This document shows, piece after piece, positions 1-9,259 of a stretch of 64,000 bases of DNA; position 1 is the stretch's first letter; each line of letters begins with the position of its first letter. The notes under the pieces were generated by a model, which saw nothing but the letters and a program-made list of their open reading frames with translations, was not told where the DNA came from and did not search any database. The position numbers and the translations under genes are program-made. Origin of the DNA: Clostridia bacterium (GTDB lineage: Bacteria; Bacillota; Clostridia; Oscillospirales; QAMX01); contig JAFRWU010000044.1 of the NCBI GenBank assembly GCA_017441705.1, positions 43,042 to 107,041 on the forward strand, read 5' to 3'.

Positions 1-596
1 CGGGCGCGCCGGACGCTCTCCAGTTCTTTTTCCAGCTTCTGCATATGGGCGCGAACGTGTCTCCTGTCGGTTTCCAGCTGCGTTTCGCCCGGCCCGCGAG
101 TGCCGATGGGGCTCTTTCCGCCGGACGCCGTCTGACGCACCAGGTGTCCCCACATGCCGGTCAGCCGCGGCAGAAGATACTTGTACTGGGCAAGCTCCAC
201 CTGCAGCTTGCCCTCCGCAGTTCTCGCCCGGCCGGCGAAAATGTCCAGGATCAGGCCGCTTCTGTCCAGCACGCGGCAATTCAGGATCTCTTCCAGCGTT
301 CGCGCCTGAGACGGAGTCAGTTCGTTGTCAAATACCGCCAGCTCTGCTTCCGTATTTTCAATAAGCTCCGCTATTTCCTTCGCCTTGCCCGCGCCGATAC
401 AGGTGCGGACGTCGGGCTCGTCCCGGTTTTGAAGAACGGTCGCCGTCACTTCCCCGCCGGCGGTATCCACCAGATCGGCAAGCTCCTTCAGGCTCTCCTC
501 GCCGGAGTTTTCCTCTTCGTCGAAGCTGCGGCAGACAAGGCCGATCAGGACCGCTTTTTCTTTTGTCCCCCGGATGGTTTTGATTTTTTCGGTCAT
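1..596 (-). CDS. hflX: GTPase HflX, N-terminal part (gene runs off the left edge of the window)
   Basis: My own minus-strand translation from ATG 596. It is absent from the ORF track because there is no stop in the window. Sequence: MTEKIKTIRGTKEKAVLIGL...LTPSQARTLEEILNCRVLDRSGLILDIFAGRARTAEGKLQVELAQYKYLLPRL...GPGETQLETDRR, the conserved HflX N-terminal domain. GGAAAGGA RBS lies 6 nt upstream. Confidence 0.8.
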   Translation of the reverse strand, partial: MTEKIKTIRGTKEKAVLIGLVCRSFDEEENSGEESLKELADLVDTAGGEVTATVLQNRDEPDVRTCIGAGKAKEIAELIENTEAELAVFDNELTPSQARTLEEILNCRVLDRSGLILDIFAGRARTAEGKLQVELAQYKYLLPRLTGMWGHLVRQTASGGKSPIGTRGPGETQLETDRRHVRAHMQKLEKELESVRRA

Positions 597-617
597 AGGG
601 TTTCCTTTCCGTTGATG

Positions 618-649
618 AAAAAAGCCGCCTCGGCATCATGCGAGACGGC
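618..649 (-). terminator. intrinsic terminator after rpmE
   Basis: Minus strand, just after the rpmE stop: 9-bp GC-rich stem (GCCGTCTCG / CGAGGCGGC, one G-U pair), 8-nt loop, then TTTTTT. Confidence 0.7.
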
Positions 650-667
650 ATTTTCTTCTGACTGCGA

Positions 668-865
668 TCAGAGACCGAATTTTTTCTTGAATCTGTCGAC
701 GCGTCCGCCCGTATCGACAAGCTTCTGCTTGCCGGTAAAGAAGGGATGACACTTGGAACAAATTTCAACGCGGATGTTCTCCTTCGTGGAACCGGTTTCG
801 ATCACTTCACCACAGGCGCACTTAACCGTCGTCTGATAATACTTCGGATGGATATTCTCCTTCAA
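668..865 (-). CDS. rpmE: 50S ribosomal protein L31 (Zn-ribbon type)
   Basis: [47 protein letters not shown] is a textbook L31 sequence with CxC...CxxC. TTG at 865 gives the canonical MKENIHP N-terminus 6 nt after AGAGGTGA. The track ORF starts at GTG 871. Confidence 0.93.
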   Translation of the reverse strand: MKENIHPKYYQTTVKCACGEVIETGSTKENIRVEICSKCHPFFTGKQKLVDTGGRVDRFKKKFGL

Positions 866-897
866 CGTCACTCACCTCTTTCTGCGCTAACTTGGAC

Positions 898-926
898 AGT
901 ATACCATATCCCTGCGGGATTTGCAA
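898..926 (-). promoter_or_regulatory. sigma-A type promoter for rpmE
   Basis: Minus strand: TTGCAA (926-921), 17-nt spacer ending in TGg, TATACT (903-898). Confidence 0.5.
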
Positions 927-952
927 GACCCTTTTTTCAATTTTTCGGCGAT

Positions 953-2488
953 TTATCTGGAATACCTGTAAACCTCGATGCCGTTCACGGTGACCGGGTA
1001 ATTGGCCATGATCCCGTCGTATTCTTCGTTATAGGTCCTCTGACGGATCGCTTCCTCTACGGTGATCTTGTAGGCCAAACGCGAAGTGCCGGAGAAATAC
1101 ACGAGATGCCATCCGTATTCGGTGCGGACAAAGTCGTAATCGCCGGGCTTGCGCGCCGGGTCAAAGATCCAGTCGTTGAAGGTTTCCACCATCTGGCCCT
1201 TGACGACGTCTTCCATCAAACCGCCCTTATCGGTCGTGGCGTCCTTGCCGTACTTTTTGGCAAGCTCCGCAAAGGCTTCCTCGGTGGCGCCCGCCGCCTT
1301 GAATTCGTTCATGTATCCCTCAGCCTTGGCTTTTGCGGCCGCATCCTCGGCGTCATCCTTGGCGTCCTTGATATCGTCGTTGAAGGGAACGAGGATATGT
1401 CTGACGTTCACGGCCGCGTAATCGTCGCGGGTGCGCTCCACGAAGAGATAAATGGAATAAGCGTCCGCTTCCTCGATGATCGAGGTATCAAGATCCTTGC
1501 GGGCGGGATCGAAGAGCCATTTGGCTCCTTCTTCGTCGGTCACGCTCTTGATCCCGGCGGCGATCTTGCGGGAATCGTCTTCGGTGATTTCCGCAGCCTT
1601 TTCTTCATCGTCTGCGGTTTCCTTGGCGTATTCCATGGCGACCTTGGCAAAATGGGTTTCGGTAACCCTGCCGGACCCGGCGATTTCCTTCATCAGTTCG
1701 TCGGCTTTGGTCTTTGCGGCGGTCATGGCTTCGGAAACGGCTTTTTCGTATTCGTCGCTTTCCATGTCCCCGCCGGAGGGAATATCCGCTTCGACGGTGA
1801 TCACACGGTAAGTGACCTTGTCGTAGGTGTCCTTATTGTCGGTATATTCCTTTTCGATGGCGTCGTCCCCGATCTCATAAGAATCGTGGAGTTCGGCGGC
1901 GTACTGATCCGCCAGGAGAACGCGCGACATGGCGGAGCGCACCTGTTCCTCGTTCATCTTGCGTCCGTATACCTGTCTGGTATAGCTTCCGAAAGAGACA
2001 TTGTTGGCTTTGGCTCCGCTCTTGATGCTTTCGATATAGTTGTCTACCTGCTTCTGGTTGTCTTCGTTCAGCGAAACGCCGGCCTTCTTTGCCGCTTCGG
2101 ACATGGCAACCGCGTCGGCAAGATTCTTATAGGTCTGCTCGTCAAAGAAATCCTGCCAGGTTTTGTCTTCGCTGTACTGCTGACTGGAAAGCGGCTTCGA
2201 CGTGTCAAGCCCGATTGCGGAAATGTTGCCGGAATAGTAGTTCAGGAACGAAGAATAATTGGAATAGAAATTGAAATTATACTCTTCCTTGCTGATCTCC
2301 ACGTCGCCGACCTTGCAGGCGGGACCGAAGCCTTCAAACCAGTCGTTGGAAACCGCGAAACCGAGAACGATCAGAATCGTGAACAGCGCCACGAGAGCGA
2401 TCCCCCAGCGGAGCGCTTTTTTCTGATCCGCCGTCAGTCGGTTCTTCTTTTTCTTGCCGGCGTCCAGCTTTGATTTTTGTTGACCCAT
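953..2488 (-). CDS. membrane-anchored parvulin-type peptidyl-prolyl isomerase (PrsA/SurA-like foldase)
   Basis: N-terminal basic stretch plus a TM helix (WGIALVALFTILIVLGFAV). C-terminal parvulin signature: VRHILVPF...GGLMEDVVKGQMVETF...GWHLVYF. ATG 2488 lies 12 nt after GGAAGG. The track start at 2500 abuts the RBS. Confidence 0.85.
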   Translation of the reverse strand: MGQQKSKLDAGKKKKNRLTADQKKALRWGIALVALFTILIVLGFAVSNDWFEGFGPACKVGDVEISKEEYNFNFYSNYSSFLNYYSGNISAIGLDTSKPLSSQQYSEDKTWQDFFDEQTYKNLADAVAMSEAAKKAGVSLNEDNQKQVDNYIESIKSGAKANNVSFGSYTRQVYGRKMNEEQVRSAMSRVLLADQYAAELHDSYEIGDDAIEKEYTDNKDTYDKVTYRVITVEADIPSGGDMESDEYEKAVSEAMTAAKTKADELMKEIAGSGRVTETHFAKVAMEYAKETADDEEKAAEITEDDSRKIAAGIKSVTDEEGAKWLFDPARKDLDTSIIEEADAYSIYLFVERTRDDYAAVNVRHILVPFNDDIKDAKDDAEDAAAKAKAEGYMNEFKAAGATEEAFAELAKKYGKDATTDKGGLMEDVVKGQMVETFNDWIFDPARKPGDYDFVRTEYGWHLVYFSGTSRLAYKITVEEAIRQRTYNEEYDGIMANYPVTVNGIEVYRYSR

Positions 2489-2551
2489 TCGTATTACCAT
2501 CCTTCCGGAGGACTTGCCGCCGACCTCACGGGCCGTTGCGGTAACTTATAT

Positions 2552-2580
2552 ATTATATCCTCTGTTTCCCTTTTTGTAAA
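2552..2580 (-). promoter_or_regulatory. sigma-A type promoter for the PPIase gene
   Basis: Minus strand: TTTACA (2580-2575), 17 nt, TATAAT (2557-2552), in an AT-rich island. Confidence 0.5.
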
Positions 2581-2620
2581 GAGATTCTTTTATATTTTTC
2601 TTGATTTCGCCGTTATCGGC

Positions 2621-5600
2621 TCATTCGCGGAACAAGGCGAGCATATCGTCCTTGTCCATGTTGGAGATATACGTCTCGTTCTCGGTGATCACCGAACGGG
2701 AGATCGATTCCTTCCGGTGCTGCAGCTCGTCGATCTTGTCTTCGATGCTGTCCTTCACCAGAAGCTTGAAAACCTGCACGTTCTTTTCCTGACCGATCCT
2801 GTGCGCCCGGTCGGTGGCCTGATTCTGCACCGACAGATTCCACCAGGGATCGTAATGGATCACCACGTCGGCCGCCGTCAGATTGAGGCCCGTCCCGCCT
2901 GCGCGCAGCGAGATCAGGAACACCTGCGTATCGTCGGAATTGAACGCCTTGACGAGTCTGATCCGCTCCTCCGAGGGCGTATCTCCCTTCAGGAGATAAT
3001 AGGATATCCCTTCCTTTTTCAGTTCTTCTCCGATCACGCCGAGCATGGAAACGAACTGGGAGAAAACGAGCACCTTGTGCCCTTCTTCAAGGCTGTCGCG
3101 GAGGAGCTCCATGCAAAGCTCCAGCTTTGCGCTCCCTCCTTCATAGCCCTCCAGAACGAGATTGGGATGACAGCACAGATGTCTGAGCTTCGTGATCAGC
3201 GCCAGGATCTTGATCCGGCTCTGTTCGAATCCCACCCGGTCCAGTTCTTCCTCCAGCTCGCTTCGCGCGAGAGCGAGATTCGCGGAATAGACGTTCCTTT
3301 GCTCCTCCTCCATCTCCACGTAGACGGTGCTTTCGATCTTGTCGGGAAGCTCGCTGAGCACTTCGCGCTTGGTGCGGCGCAGGATAAAGGGCTTGACCTG
3401 TTCCCGCAGGCTTTCCGCGGCCTCCGCGTCGTTGTCGCGGGTGATGGGCAATTCGTATTTCCGGCGGAATTTCGCGTAATGATAGAGATATCCGGGCAGC
3501 ACAAAGTCAAAAATCGACCAGAGATCCGAAAGGGAATTCTCCACCGGCGTGCCGGTCAGGGCGAAACGCACCTCGGCGTTGAGCGCTTTGACCGAGGTGG
3601 ACGCCTGGGTCGTCTGGTTCTTGATATACTGCGCCTCGTCGATGATGGCGTAGCGGAACTGTCTTTTTTCGTAATGCTCCAGATCGCGCTTCAGCGCGTC
3701 GTACGAGGTGATCAGCACGTCGCCCCGGAACGCCTTGATCAGCCCGTGCCTGCGTGAGACGATCCCCGATACCACCGTTACCGAAAGGTCCGGGGCAAAG
3801 CGCGCAAATTCGGTCTTCCAGTTGTAGACGAGAGAAGTGGGCGCCACGATGATCGAAGGGCGTGGCCTCTTTCTGTCCTGCGGGATCGAAAGCAGCGCGA
3901 TGATCTGCACGGTCTTGCCGAGGCCCATTTCGTCGGCAAGGATGCCGCCGAGGCCGTAATCCGCCAGACCCTTCAGCCAGCGGACGCCGCTCTTCTGATA
4001 GGCGCGGAGCTTGTCGTCGACCGGCGTTTCGATCTCCTTTTCCCGCGCCGCGGTCATTTCGCGGAAGGCCTTGTTGCCGCTTACCTCCACGCCTGGGAAT
4101 TTTTTCAGCAGATCGGAAAGATACATCCCCCGGTAGGCAAGAAGCGTCATTTCGTTGTTTTTGAGCTTTTCTTCGTCCAGTTCGAAATTGCGCTCCAGCT
4201 CCGAGATCAGGCCGACGTTTTTCTCGTCCAGCGTGAGGAAGCTCCCGTCCTCCAGGCGGAAATACTTCTTTTTGTCCCGGTAAGCTCTCAGGATCTCCCC
4301 GATTTTCTCGGCGGGCAGATCGCCGTTGACCGACATTTCCAGAAGGCCGCCGTTGAGCTTGACGCGCACCGTAGGCGCTTTGGGATGACGGATACCGATC
4401 TTCTTCACCGCATCGGTGACGAACACCTCGGCGTACGGCTTCAGGGAGGATATGCTCTCCGCGAGGAAATCGTAGATCCGTTCCTCGCCCACCAGAACCA
4501 TCCGGCCCTGCGCGTCGGTATAGAAGCCTCTTTCCCGCAGCAGATAGAGTATTTTCATCTCGCCGACCGTATCGCGCGGGATCCTTGCAGCGGCCAGAGA
4601 GGCCTCCTTGGCGTAAGCGGCAAATTCATACTCGCCGTAACGGAATTTCACCGCCGCGGTCAGCATTTCCTGATTTTCCATCAGCCGGTCGATATAGACC
4701 GCGCTTTTCAGCTTCAGTCTGTTCTTCGAACCGCGGGAATCGTTGAGGTTGCTTTCCAGACGCCCGATATTCTTCAGCCGGGGCAGCACGTAACGCCTAA
4801 GCTTCGACTGCGCGTCGGAGGAAAACTGGAGCTGGCTCTGATTGGTGTTGCGGCGGAAGGCCTCCAGAACGGCGCCGAGGATCTCTCCCGTGCGGCCGGA
4901 GGCATAATACATATCGGCGTTTTCTCCTTCCCCCTCCGCGACCACCGTCAGGCCGGGTGTCAGGAGGTCTTCCGCCAGCCGGAAGGGCGGAAGGTCGTGG
5001 GAAAGGCGGATGCCGTCGTGCATCTTTTCGGCGCGGAACGTGACCGGCGGCGTGCCGTTATGCACGGTGACCGTCTTGATCCCTTCCCGCAGTCCCCGGT
5101 AAGTGAGCTTCGCTCCGTCGAAAATCGAAATGAAGCGTCCCATCTCCGCGTTCGGAACGAAGATCCTTCTGGCGTCGGCCGGCGTCTGCACGGCGGCGCG
5201 GTCGGAATACTGCTTTTCTTTTTCCGAAAGGCTCGCCACGAACCGCAGGAGCGCCCGCGACCTTTCGTCGAAGCAGGCATCGTCGAAAAAGACGGTCAGG
5301 CCTTTGCCGAATTCGATCACGCCGTGATTCAGATACGCTCTGCCGAAAGCCACCACGTCCCGGACGATATACTGGCGGGTGTTGCCTACGGTGAATTCCA
5401 GATAAAACCGGTCGCCCCGGTCAAAGGTCAAAAGCGGCGTGACGACCAGATCCCGCGGCACCAGAGGAAGCATTTCGGACACGGTGTTTTCCCGTTCCAG
5501 CCTTTCGATCATACGTGCGCCCGGGAGATCGGTGCGGATCTTCCTTTCGGCGTCGGGGGTATATTCCTCCAGAAGCTTTTCCAGCTCGGCCATCGGATCC

Positions 5601-5983
5601 TCGGTCCGTTTGGCGCCGGTTATCCGGCAGGATTTGATGTCGTGCTGCATCTGATAGAGCACGGCGGCGCAGTGCTTGCAGACCGGCGCGGCGTTTTTCG
5701 TGCTGCGGCTCCCCGACTTCGCGAAAGCCGGGCAGTTGCAGAACCGGTCGGTCAGTTCTCCCTTTTCATTGAAGCGCAGGACCACGTTATAGGGCAGACG
5801 TACTCCGCTCTGCACCTTCGCGTCCACGCGCAGGCTTTTCTGTTCCTCATTGAAGATCTCGCAGAGCAGCACGGCTCCGCTTTTGTAAATCGCCTCTCCC
5901 CGGTTTTTGTTCAGAGACGACAGCCTGTTGATCGTATGTCCCAGATTACAATGGACCAGCCGGAGAATGCCATCAGATTCCAT
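2621..5983 (-). CDS. SNF2-family helicase fused to an N-terminal SWIM zinc-finger region
   Basis: SNF2 motifs: LADEMGLGKTVQ (I), DEAQYIKN (II), LTGTPVENSLSDLWSIFDF, GGTGLNLTAADVVIHYDPWWN, QATDRAHRIGQ (VI). SWIM-like CNCPAF...CKHCAAVL sits near the N-terminus. ATG 5983 (MESDGILRLV) follows AAGGAAG by about 10 nt. The track start is 6028. Confidence 0.9.
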   Translation of the reverse strand: MESDGILRLVHCNLGHTINRLSSLNKNRGEAIYKSGAVLLCEIFNEEQKSLRVDAKVQSGVRLPYNVVLRFNEKGELTDRFCNCPAFAKSGSRSTKNAAPVCKHCAAVLYQMQHDIKSCRITGAKRTEDPMAELEKLLEEYTPDAERKIRTDLPGARMIERLERENTVSEMLPLVPRDLVVTPLLTFDRGDRFYLEFTVGNTRQYIVRDVVAFGRAYLNHGVIEFGKGLTVFFDDACFDERSRALLRFVASLSEKEKQYSDRAAVQTPADARRIFVPNAEMGRFISIFDGAKLTYRGLREGIKTVTVHNGTPPVTFRAEKMHDGIRLSHDLPPFRLAEDLLTPGLTVVAEGEGENADMYYASGRTGEILGAVLEAFRRNTNQSQLQFSSDAQSKLRRYVLPRLKNIGRLESNLNDSRGSKNRLKLKSAVYIDRLMENQEMLTAAVKFRYGEYEFAAYAKEASLAAARIPRDTVGEMKILYLLRERGFYTDAQGRMVLVGEERIYDFLAESISSLKPYAEVFVTDAVKKIGIRHPKAPTVRVKLNGGLLEMSVNGDLPAEKIGEILRAYRDKKKYFRLEDGSFLTLDEKNVGLISELERNFELDEEKLKNNEMTLLAYRGMYLSDLLKKFPGVEVSGNKAFREMTAAREKEIETPVDDKLRAYQKSGVRWLKGLADYGLGGILADEMGLGKTVQIIALLSIPQDRKRPRPSIIVAPTSLVYNWKTEFARFAPDLSVTVVSGIVSRRHGLIKAFRGDVLITSYDALKRDLEHYEKRQFRYAIIDEAQYIKNQTTQASTSVKALNAEVRFALTGTPVENSLSDLWSIFDFVLPGYLYHYAKFRRKYELPITRDNDAEAAESLREQVKPFILRRTKREVLSELPDKIESTVYVEMEEEQRNVYSANLALARSELEEELDRVGFEQSRIKILALITKLRHLCCHPNLVLEGYEGGSAKLELCMELLRDSLEEGHKVLVFSQFVSMLGVIGEELKKEGISYYLLKGDTPSEERIRLVKAFNSDDTQVFLISLRAGGTGLNLTAADVVIHYDPWWNLSVQNQATDRAHRIGQEKNVQVFKLLVKDSIEDKIDELQHRKESISRSVITENETYISNMDKDDMLALFRE

Positions 5984-6060
5984 AGGTAAACTGCTTCCTT
6001 GTTCTTTACTTTCCCGATGATTCCGCACCTCCGTTTTCGCATGGAAGCACGATTATATAT

Positions 6061-6088
6061 ATTATAACACGCTTTCCTTTTTTTGCAA
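6061..6088 (-). promoter_or_regulatory. sigma-A type promoter for the SNF2 helicase gene
   Basis: Minus strand: TTGCAA (6088-6083), 16-nt spacer ending in TGt, TATAAT (6066-6061). Confidence 0.5.
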
Positions 6089-6098
6089 GAGTTAATTC

Positions 6099-6127
6099 TT
6101 GACAAATATAGCGTTTCGTTATATACT
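6099..6127 (+). promoter_or_regulatory. sigma-A type promoter for the XRE/S24 repressor gene
   Basis: TTGACA (6099-6104), 17 nt, TATACT (6122-6127). It lies back to back with the helicase promoter and leaves a ~155-nt leader. Confidence 0.55.
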
Positions 6128-6288
6128 GTTGTTTGTGATCGTTACGAGGGACGGCTGAGGCGGATTTTGCGTTGATATCGTGTTATTTCCCACTGCAAAC
6201 GGCTTTTCCTACCGTAACGTACGCTGCCGCCGCACGGCGCGGCCGGTTCCGGCCTGGGAATCTCTTTCATTCGGAAAAGGGGCGTTTT

Positions 6289-6927
6289 ATGAACAGAATC
6301 CGCATGCTTCGCAAGCAAAAACACATCGGTCAGGTGGAGTTCGCTTCCCTGATGGGCGTTTCGCAGCCTACCGTCAGCGACTGGGAAAACGGGCGCAAAT
6401 TCCCCGCGTCCGGAAAGCTCGTCCGGCTCTCCGAGGTTCTGGAAGCTTCCATCGGGTATATTCTCGGTTACGATCAGTACGACCGGGAACCTCCCTCCCC
6501 GCAGGAGGAAAGCTCCTCCGACCGTACCGACTCCGCGCCGCAGCCGGCCCGGGAACGGCATGCGACGGAAAGCGATCCCCGCGCTTATGAACGCATCGTC
6601 TATGAGAAGGAAAACGTCACCCCCGACATCGCGCGGATCGGCGAAAAATTCATGCTTCGTGTCTTTGACAACTCCATGAAGCCGCGCATCCTCGAAAACG
6701 ACTTCGTGGTGGTCCTCCGGCAGGATGAGGTGGAATCCGGTTCGCTGGCGCTGATCTCCATCGGAGGGAACATGCTGACCATCAAGCGTCTGGAAAGCGA
6801 GCGCGGCGGATATCTGCTTTCCAGCAACTCGCCTTTCTTCCGCCCGGTTTTTTACAGCGCCGAGGATATCCGCCGCATTCCCGTGCGCGTCATCGGAAAG
6901 ATCGTGGAAATGCGGGCGCTTTTCTGA
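6289..6927 (+). CDS. XRE-family HTH repressor with C-terminal S24 (LexA/CI-like) peptidase domain
   Basis: HTH: LRKQKHIGQVEFASLMGVSQPTVSDWENGRKFP. S24 Ser/Lys dyad context: VFDNSMKPRI ... LTIKRLE. ATG 6289 is preceded by GGAAAAGGGG. The upstream part of the track ORF (from 6172) has no protein-like character. Confidence 0.85.
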   Translation: MNRIRMLRKQKHIGQVEFASLMGVSQPTVSDWENGRKFPASGKLVRLSEVLEASIGYILGYDQYDREPPSPQEESSSDRTDSAPQPARERHATESDPRAYERIVYEKENVTPDIARIGEKFMLRVFDNSMKPRILENDFVVVLRQDEVESGSLALISIGGNMLTIKRLESERGGYLLSSNSPFFRPVFYSAEDIRRIPVRVIGKIVEMRALF

Positions 6928-6983
6928 TTTTCTTTTCGTATCCTGCGGCTTTCGGCCGTGCAAAGAATAAGGAGGAACGGTTC

Positions 6984-7649
6984 ATGCAGAATTACAAGAA
7001 GTATCTTGCGGAGTTTATCGGCACCTTCGTGCTGGTTTTCTTCGCCTGCGGCACCGCCGCCGTGGTGGGATGTGATCCCGCAGGCTCGGGGTATCTTCTC
7101 ACCGCGCTGGCCTTCGGTCTGGTCATCGTGGCGATGGCCTATTCCATCGGCAATATTTCCGGCTGCCATATCAATCCCGCCGTATCGCTGGCGATGCTGA
7201 TCGCCGGGAAGCTGACGGTCGCCGACTTTGCCGGCTACCTTGTCGCGCAGTTCGCCGGCGCCATCGCCGGCGCGGCGGCCCTTCTGCCCTTCGTCGAAAA
7301 GGGAAGCACGCTCGGCGCCAACGATCTCTGGAACGGAAGCATCGCGGGATCGCTCGTGATTGAAGTCATCCTGACCTTTGTTTTCGTTCTGACTATCCTC
7401 GGCGTCACCTCCAAGCCCGAATACGGCAAGGTCGCGGGGCTTGTGATCGGTCTCGCCCTGACCCTTGTGCACATTCTGGGCATCTCCTTCACCGGCACTT
7501 CGGTCAACCCGGCCCGTTCCTTCGGACCCGCGCTTTTCGCGGGCGGCACTCCCCTGCTGAACGTCTGGGTCTTTATCGTCGCGCCTCTCGCCGGCGGCGC
7601 GCTGGCGGCGCTTTGCTACAGATTCCTTTCGGAAAGCAAAAAGAAATAA
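6984..7649 (+). CDS. aqpZ: aquaporin Z (MIP family water channel)
   Basis: Two NPA boxes (SGCHINPAVS and GTSVNPARS) and six hydrophobic segments. AAGGAGGA RBS. Confidence 0.92.
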   Translation: MQNYKKYLAEFIGTFVLVFFACGTAAVVGCDPAGSGYLLTALAFGLVIVAMAYSIGNISGCHINPAVSLAMLIAGKLTVADFAGYLVAQFAGAIAGAAALLPFVEKGSTLGANDLWNGSIAGSLVIEVILTFVFVLTILGVTSKPEYGKVAGLVIGLALTLVHILGISFTGTSVNPARSFGPALFAGGTPLLNVWVFIVAPLAGGALAALCYRFLSESKKK

Positions 7650-7666
7650 ACGCCGACACGCAGAAA

Positions 7667-7697
7667 GGTCCCGGAGCGTCCTGCTCCGGGACCTTTT
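7667..7697. terminator. bidirectional intrinsic terminator between convergent aqpZ and galT
   Basis: Perfect 11-bp stem GGTCCCGGAGC / GCTCCGGGACC with a 5-nt loop. A-rich run upstream and TTTT downstream. Confidence 0.8.
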
Positions 7698-7713
7698 CCG
7701 GTCCGTCGTCCCT

Positions 7714-9222
7714 TCAGATTCCGTCTGCATAAGCCAGGAAGCGGCGGAAGGCTTCCTTTCCCGCCGCGTCTCTTTTGAAGACACCGGCATGCTCCAGGAC
7801 CTTCGCGAAGACCGCGCCGACCTCTTCCCTGAGGACCACGGCGTTCTTTTCATAGCTTTCGGGCTTCCCGCGCCGGGCGAGGATCTCCTCCGCCCAGTCG
7901 GCGTGCAGCGCGGTCTGTGGATCGGCCCGCAGATCCCTTCCCTCCAGCATGGCGCGGTTCACCGCGTCCAGCTCGTCCACCAGCCGCGCCGGCAGGATCG
8001 CAAGCCCCATCGCTTCGATCAGGCCGATGTTTTCTTTTTTGATATGATGCAGCTCTGCATGAGGATGATAGTACCCGAGCGGGTGTTCGGGAGTTGTGAT
8101 ATTGTTGCGGAGCACCAGGTCCAACTCGAACCTGCCGTCGCGGAATCTGGCGATGGGATTGAGCGTGTTGTGCTTTTCCCCGTCGGTCTCGGCGTATATG
8201 AAGGCCTTTTCGTCGGTATAGCCGCGCCAGGCGTAAAGGATCCTGTCCATCAGGTCGGCAATGCGGCCGGTGTCTTCTCCCCGGAGACGGATGACCGACA
8301 TGGGCCATTTCACAAGCCCCGCCTCCACGTCCTCAAATCCCCGGAAGACCGTCTTCTCCTCCACCGGCGCCTTTTCCATGGCGAAGGTATAGCGTCCGCC
8401 CTGGAAATGGTCGTGGCTCAGGATCGACCCTCCCACGATCGGCAGATCGGCGTTGGAGCCGACGAAATAATGCGGGAAGAGTTTGACGAAGTCGAAGAGT
8501 TTTCCGACGGTGGCCTTTTCGATCTTCATCGGCGTATGGACCGAATTGAAAACGATGCAGTGTTCGTTGTAGTAGACGTACGGCGAGTACTGCATGAACC
8601 AGTCGCTCCCGTTGATGGTGACCGGGATGATCCGGTGATTGCCTCGCGCGGCCGCGTTGATCCTGCCGGCGTATCCCTCGTTTTCCTTGCAAAGAGCGCA
8701 TTTCGGATAGCCCGCCTGCGGCGCGAGCTTTGCAGCCGCGATGGCTTTCGGATCCTTTTCGGGCTTCGAACGGTTGATGGTGATATCCAGAGTGCCGTAT
8801 TCGGTCTCCGCGGTCCATTTGACGTCGCGGGCGACGCGGGCGGTGCGGATGTAATCGGTGTCGCGCGAGAGCTTGTAGTAGTAATCCGTCGCTTTTTCGG
8901 GAGATTCCCGGTACAAGGCGCGGAAGACGTTCTCCACCTCGCTGGGACGCGGCGTGAGGCAGGCCATCAGCTTGGTGTCGAAGAGATCGTGGGCGACGTT
9001 TCCCTCGTCCGCAAGTCCCTTCTTCCGGGCGAATTCCACCAGCTCGTCCAGGATCGTCTCCAGCGGCGTATCCCGGTCCGTCTCTCCCGGATCCTCGTAA
9101 GTATCCTCCTTGAGGACCTCCAGAAGCCGGTTGATCGCCCAGATCCTGTCGCGGTCGCCGATCAGGCCGCGCGACGCCGCGTATTCCACAAGCTTTTTCA
9201 GATTGACGTTATAATCGCTCAT
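7714..9222 (-). CDS. galT: UDP-glucose--hexose-1-phosphate uridylyltransferase (long Gram-positive type GalT)
   Basis: About 500 aa with SILSHDHFQGG and YSPYVYYNEHCIVF motifs, typical of the class-II GalT of Firmicutes. ATG 9222 is 8 nt after GGGAGAG. The track start is GTG 9228. Confidence 0.88.
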   Translation of the reverse strand: MSDYNVNLKKLVEYAASRGLIGDRDRIWAINRLLEVLKEDTYEDPGETDRDTPLETILDELVEFARKKGLADEGNVAHDLFDTKLMACLTPRPSEVENVFRALYRESPEKATDYYYKLSRDTDYIRTARVARDVKWTAETEYGTLDITINRSKPEKDPKAIAAAKLAPQAGYPKCALCKENEGYAGRINAAARGNHRIIPVTINGSDWFMQYSPYVYYNEHCIVFNSVHTPMKIEKATVGKLFDFVKLFPHYFVGSNADLPIVGGSILSHDHFQGGRYTFAMEKAPVEEKTVFRGFEDVEAGLVKWPMSVIRLRGEDTGRIADLMDRILYAWRGYTDEKAFIYAETDGEKHNTLNPIARFRDGRFELDLVLRNNITTPEHPLGYYHPHAELHHIKKENIGLIEAMGLAILPARLVDELDAVNRAMLEGRDLRADPQTALHADWAEEILARRGKPESYEKNAVVLREEVGAVFAKVLEHAGVFKRDAAGKEAFRRFLAYADGI

Positions 9223-9259
9223 ACCCACTTCTCTCCCGTTTTTGCAGATTTCTGTCTAA

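Noticed and set aside
746-2473. 575-aa plus-strand ORF covering the PPIase gene. The overlapping 45-749 plus ORF and the 358-768 minus ORF are of the same kind.
   Set aside because: It is antisense or out of frame to genes with clear family motifs (PPIase, L31, HflX). Its translation is Gly/Arg/Val/Phe-rich and low-complexity, with no motif and no RBS. This is the typical shadow ORF of GC-rich DNA, where stops are rare.
2621-6028. SNF2 helicase as the core of a phage-defence system (DISARM, Zorya or BREX-like).
   Set aside because: No methyltransferase, DUF1998, PLD, ZorA/B, PglX/Z or other partner genes flank it. The neighbours are a PPIase, L31 and an aquaporin. The SWIM+SNF2 fusion matches the housekeeping YwqA/RapA-like class.
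6289-6927. XRE/S24 repressor as a prophage or integrative-element remnant.
   Set aside because: No integrase, excisionase, Cro/antirepressor, att-like repeats or phage structural genes occur anywhere nearby. The flanking genes are chromosomal housekeeping types.
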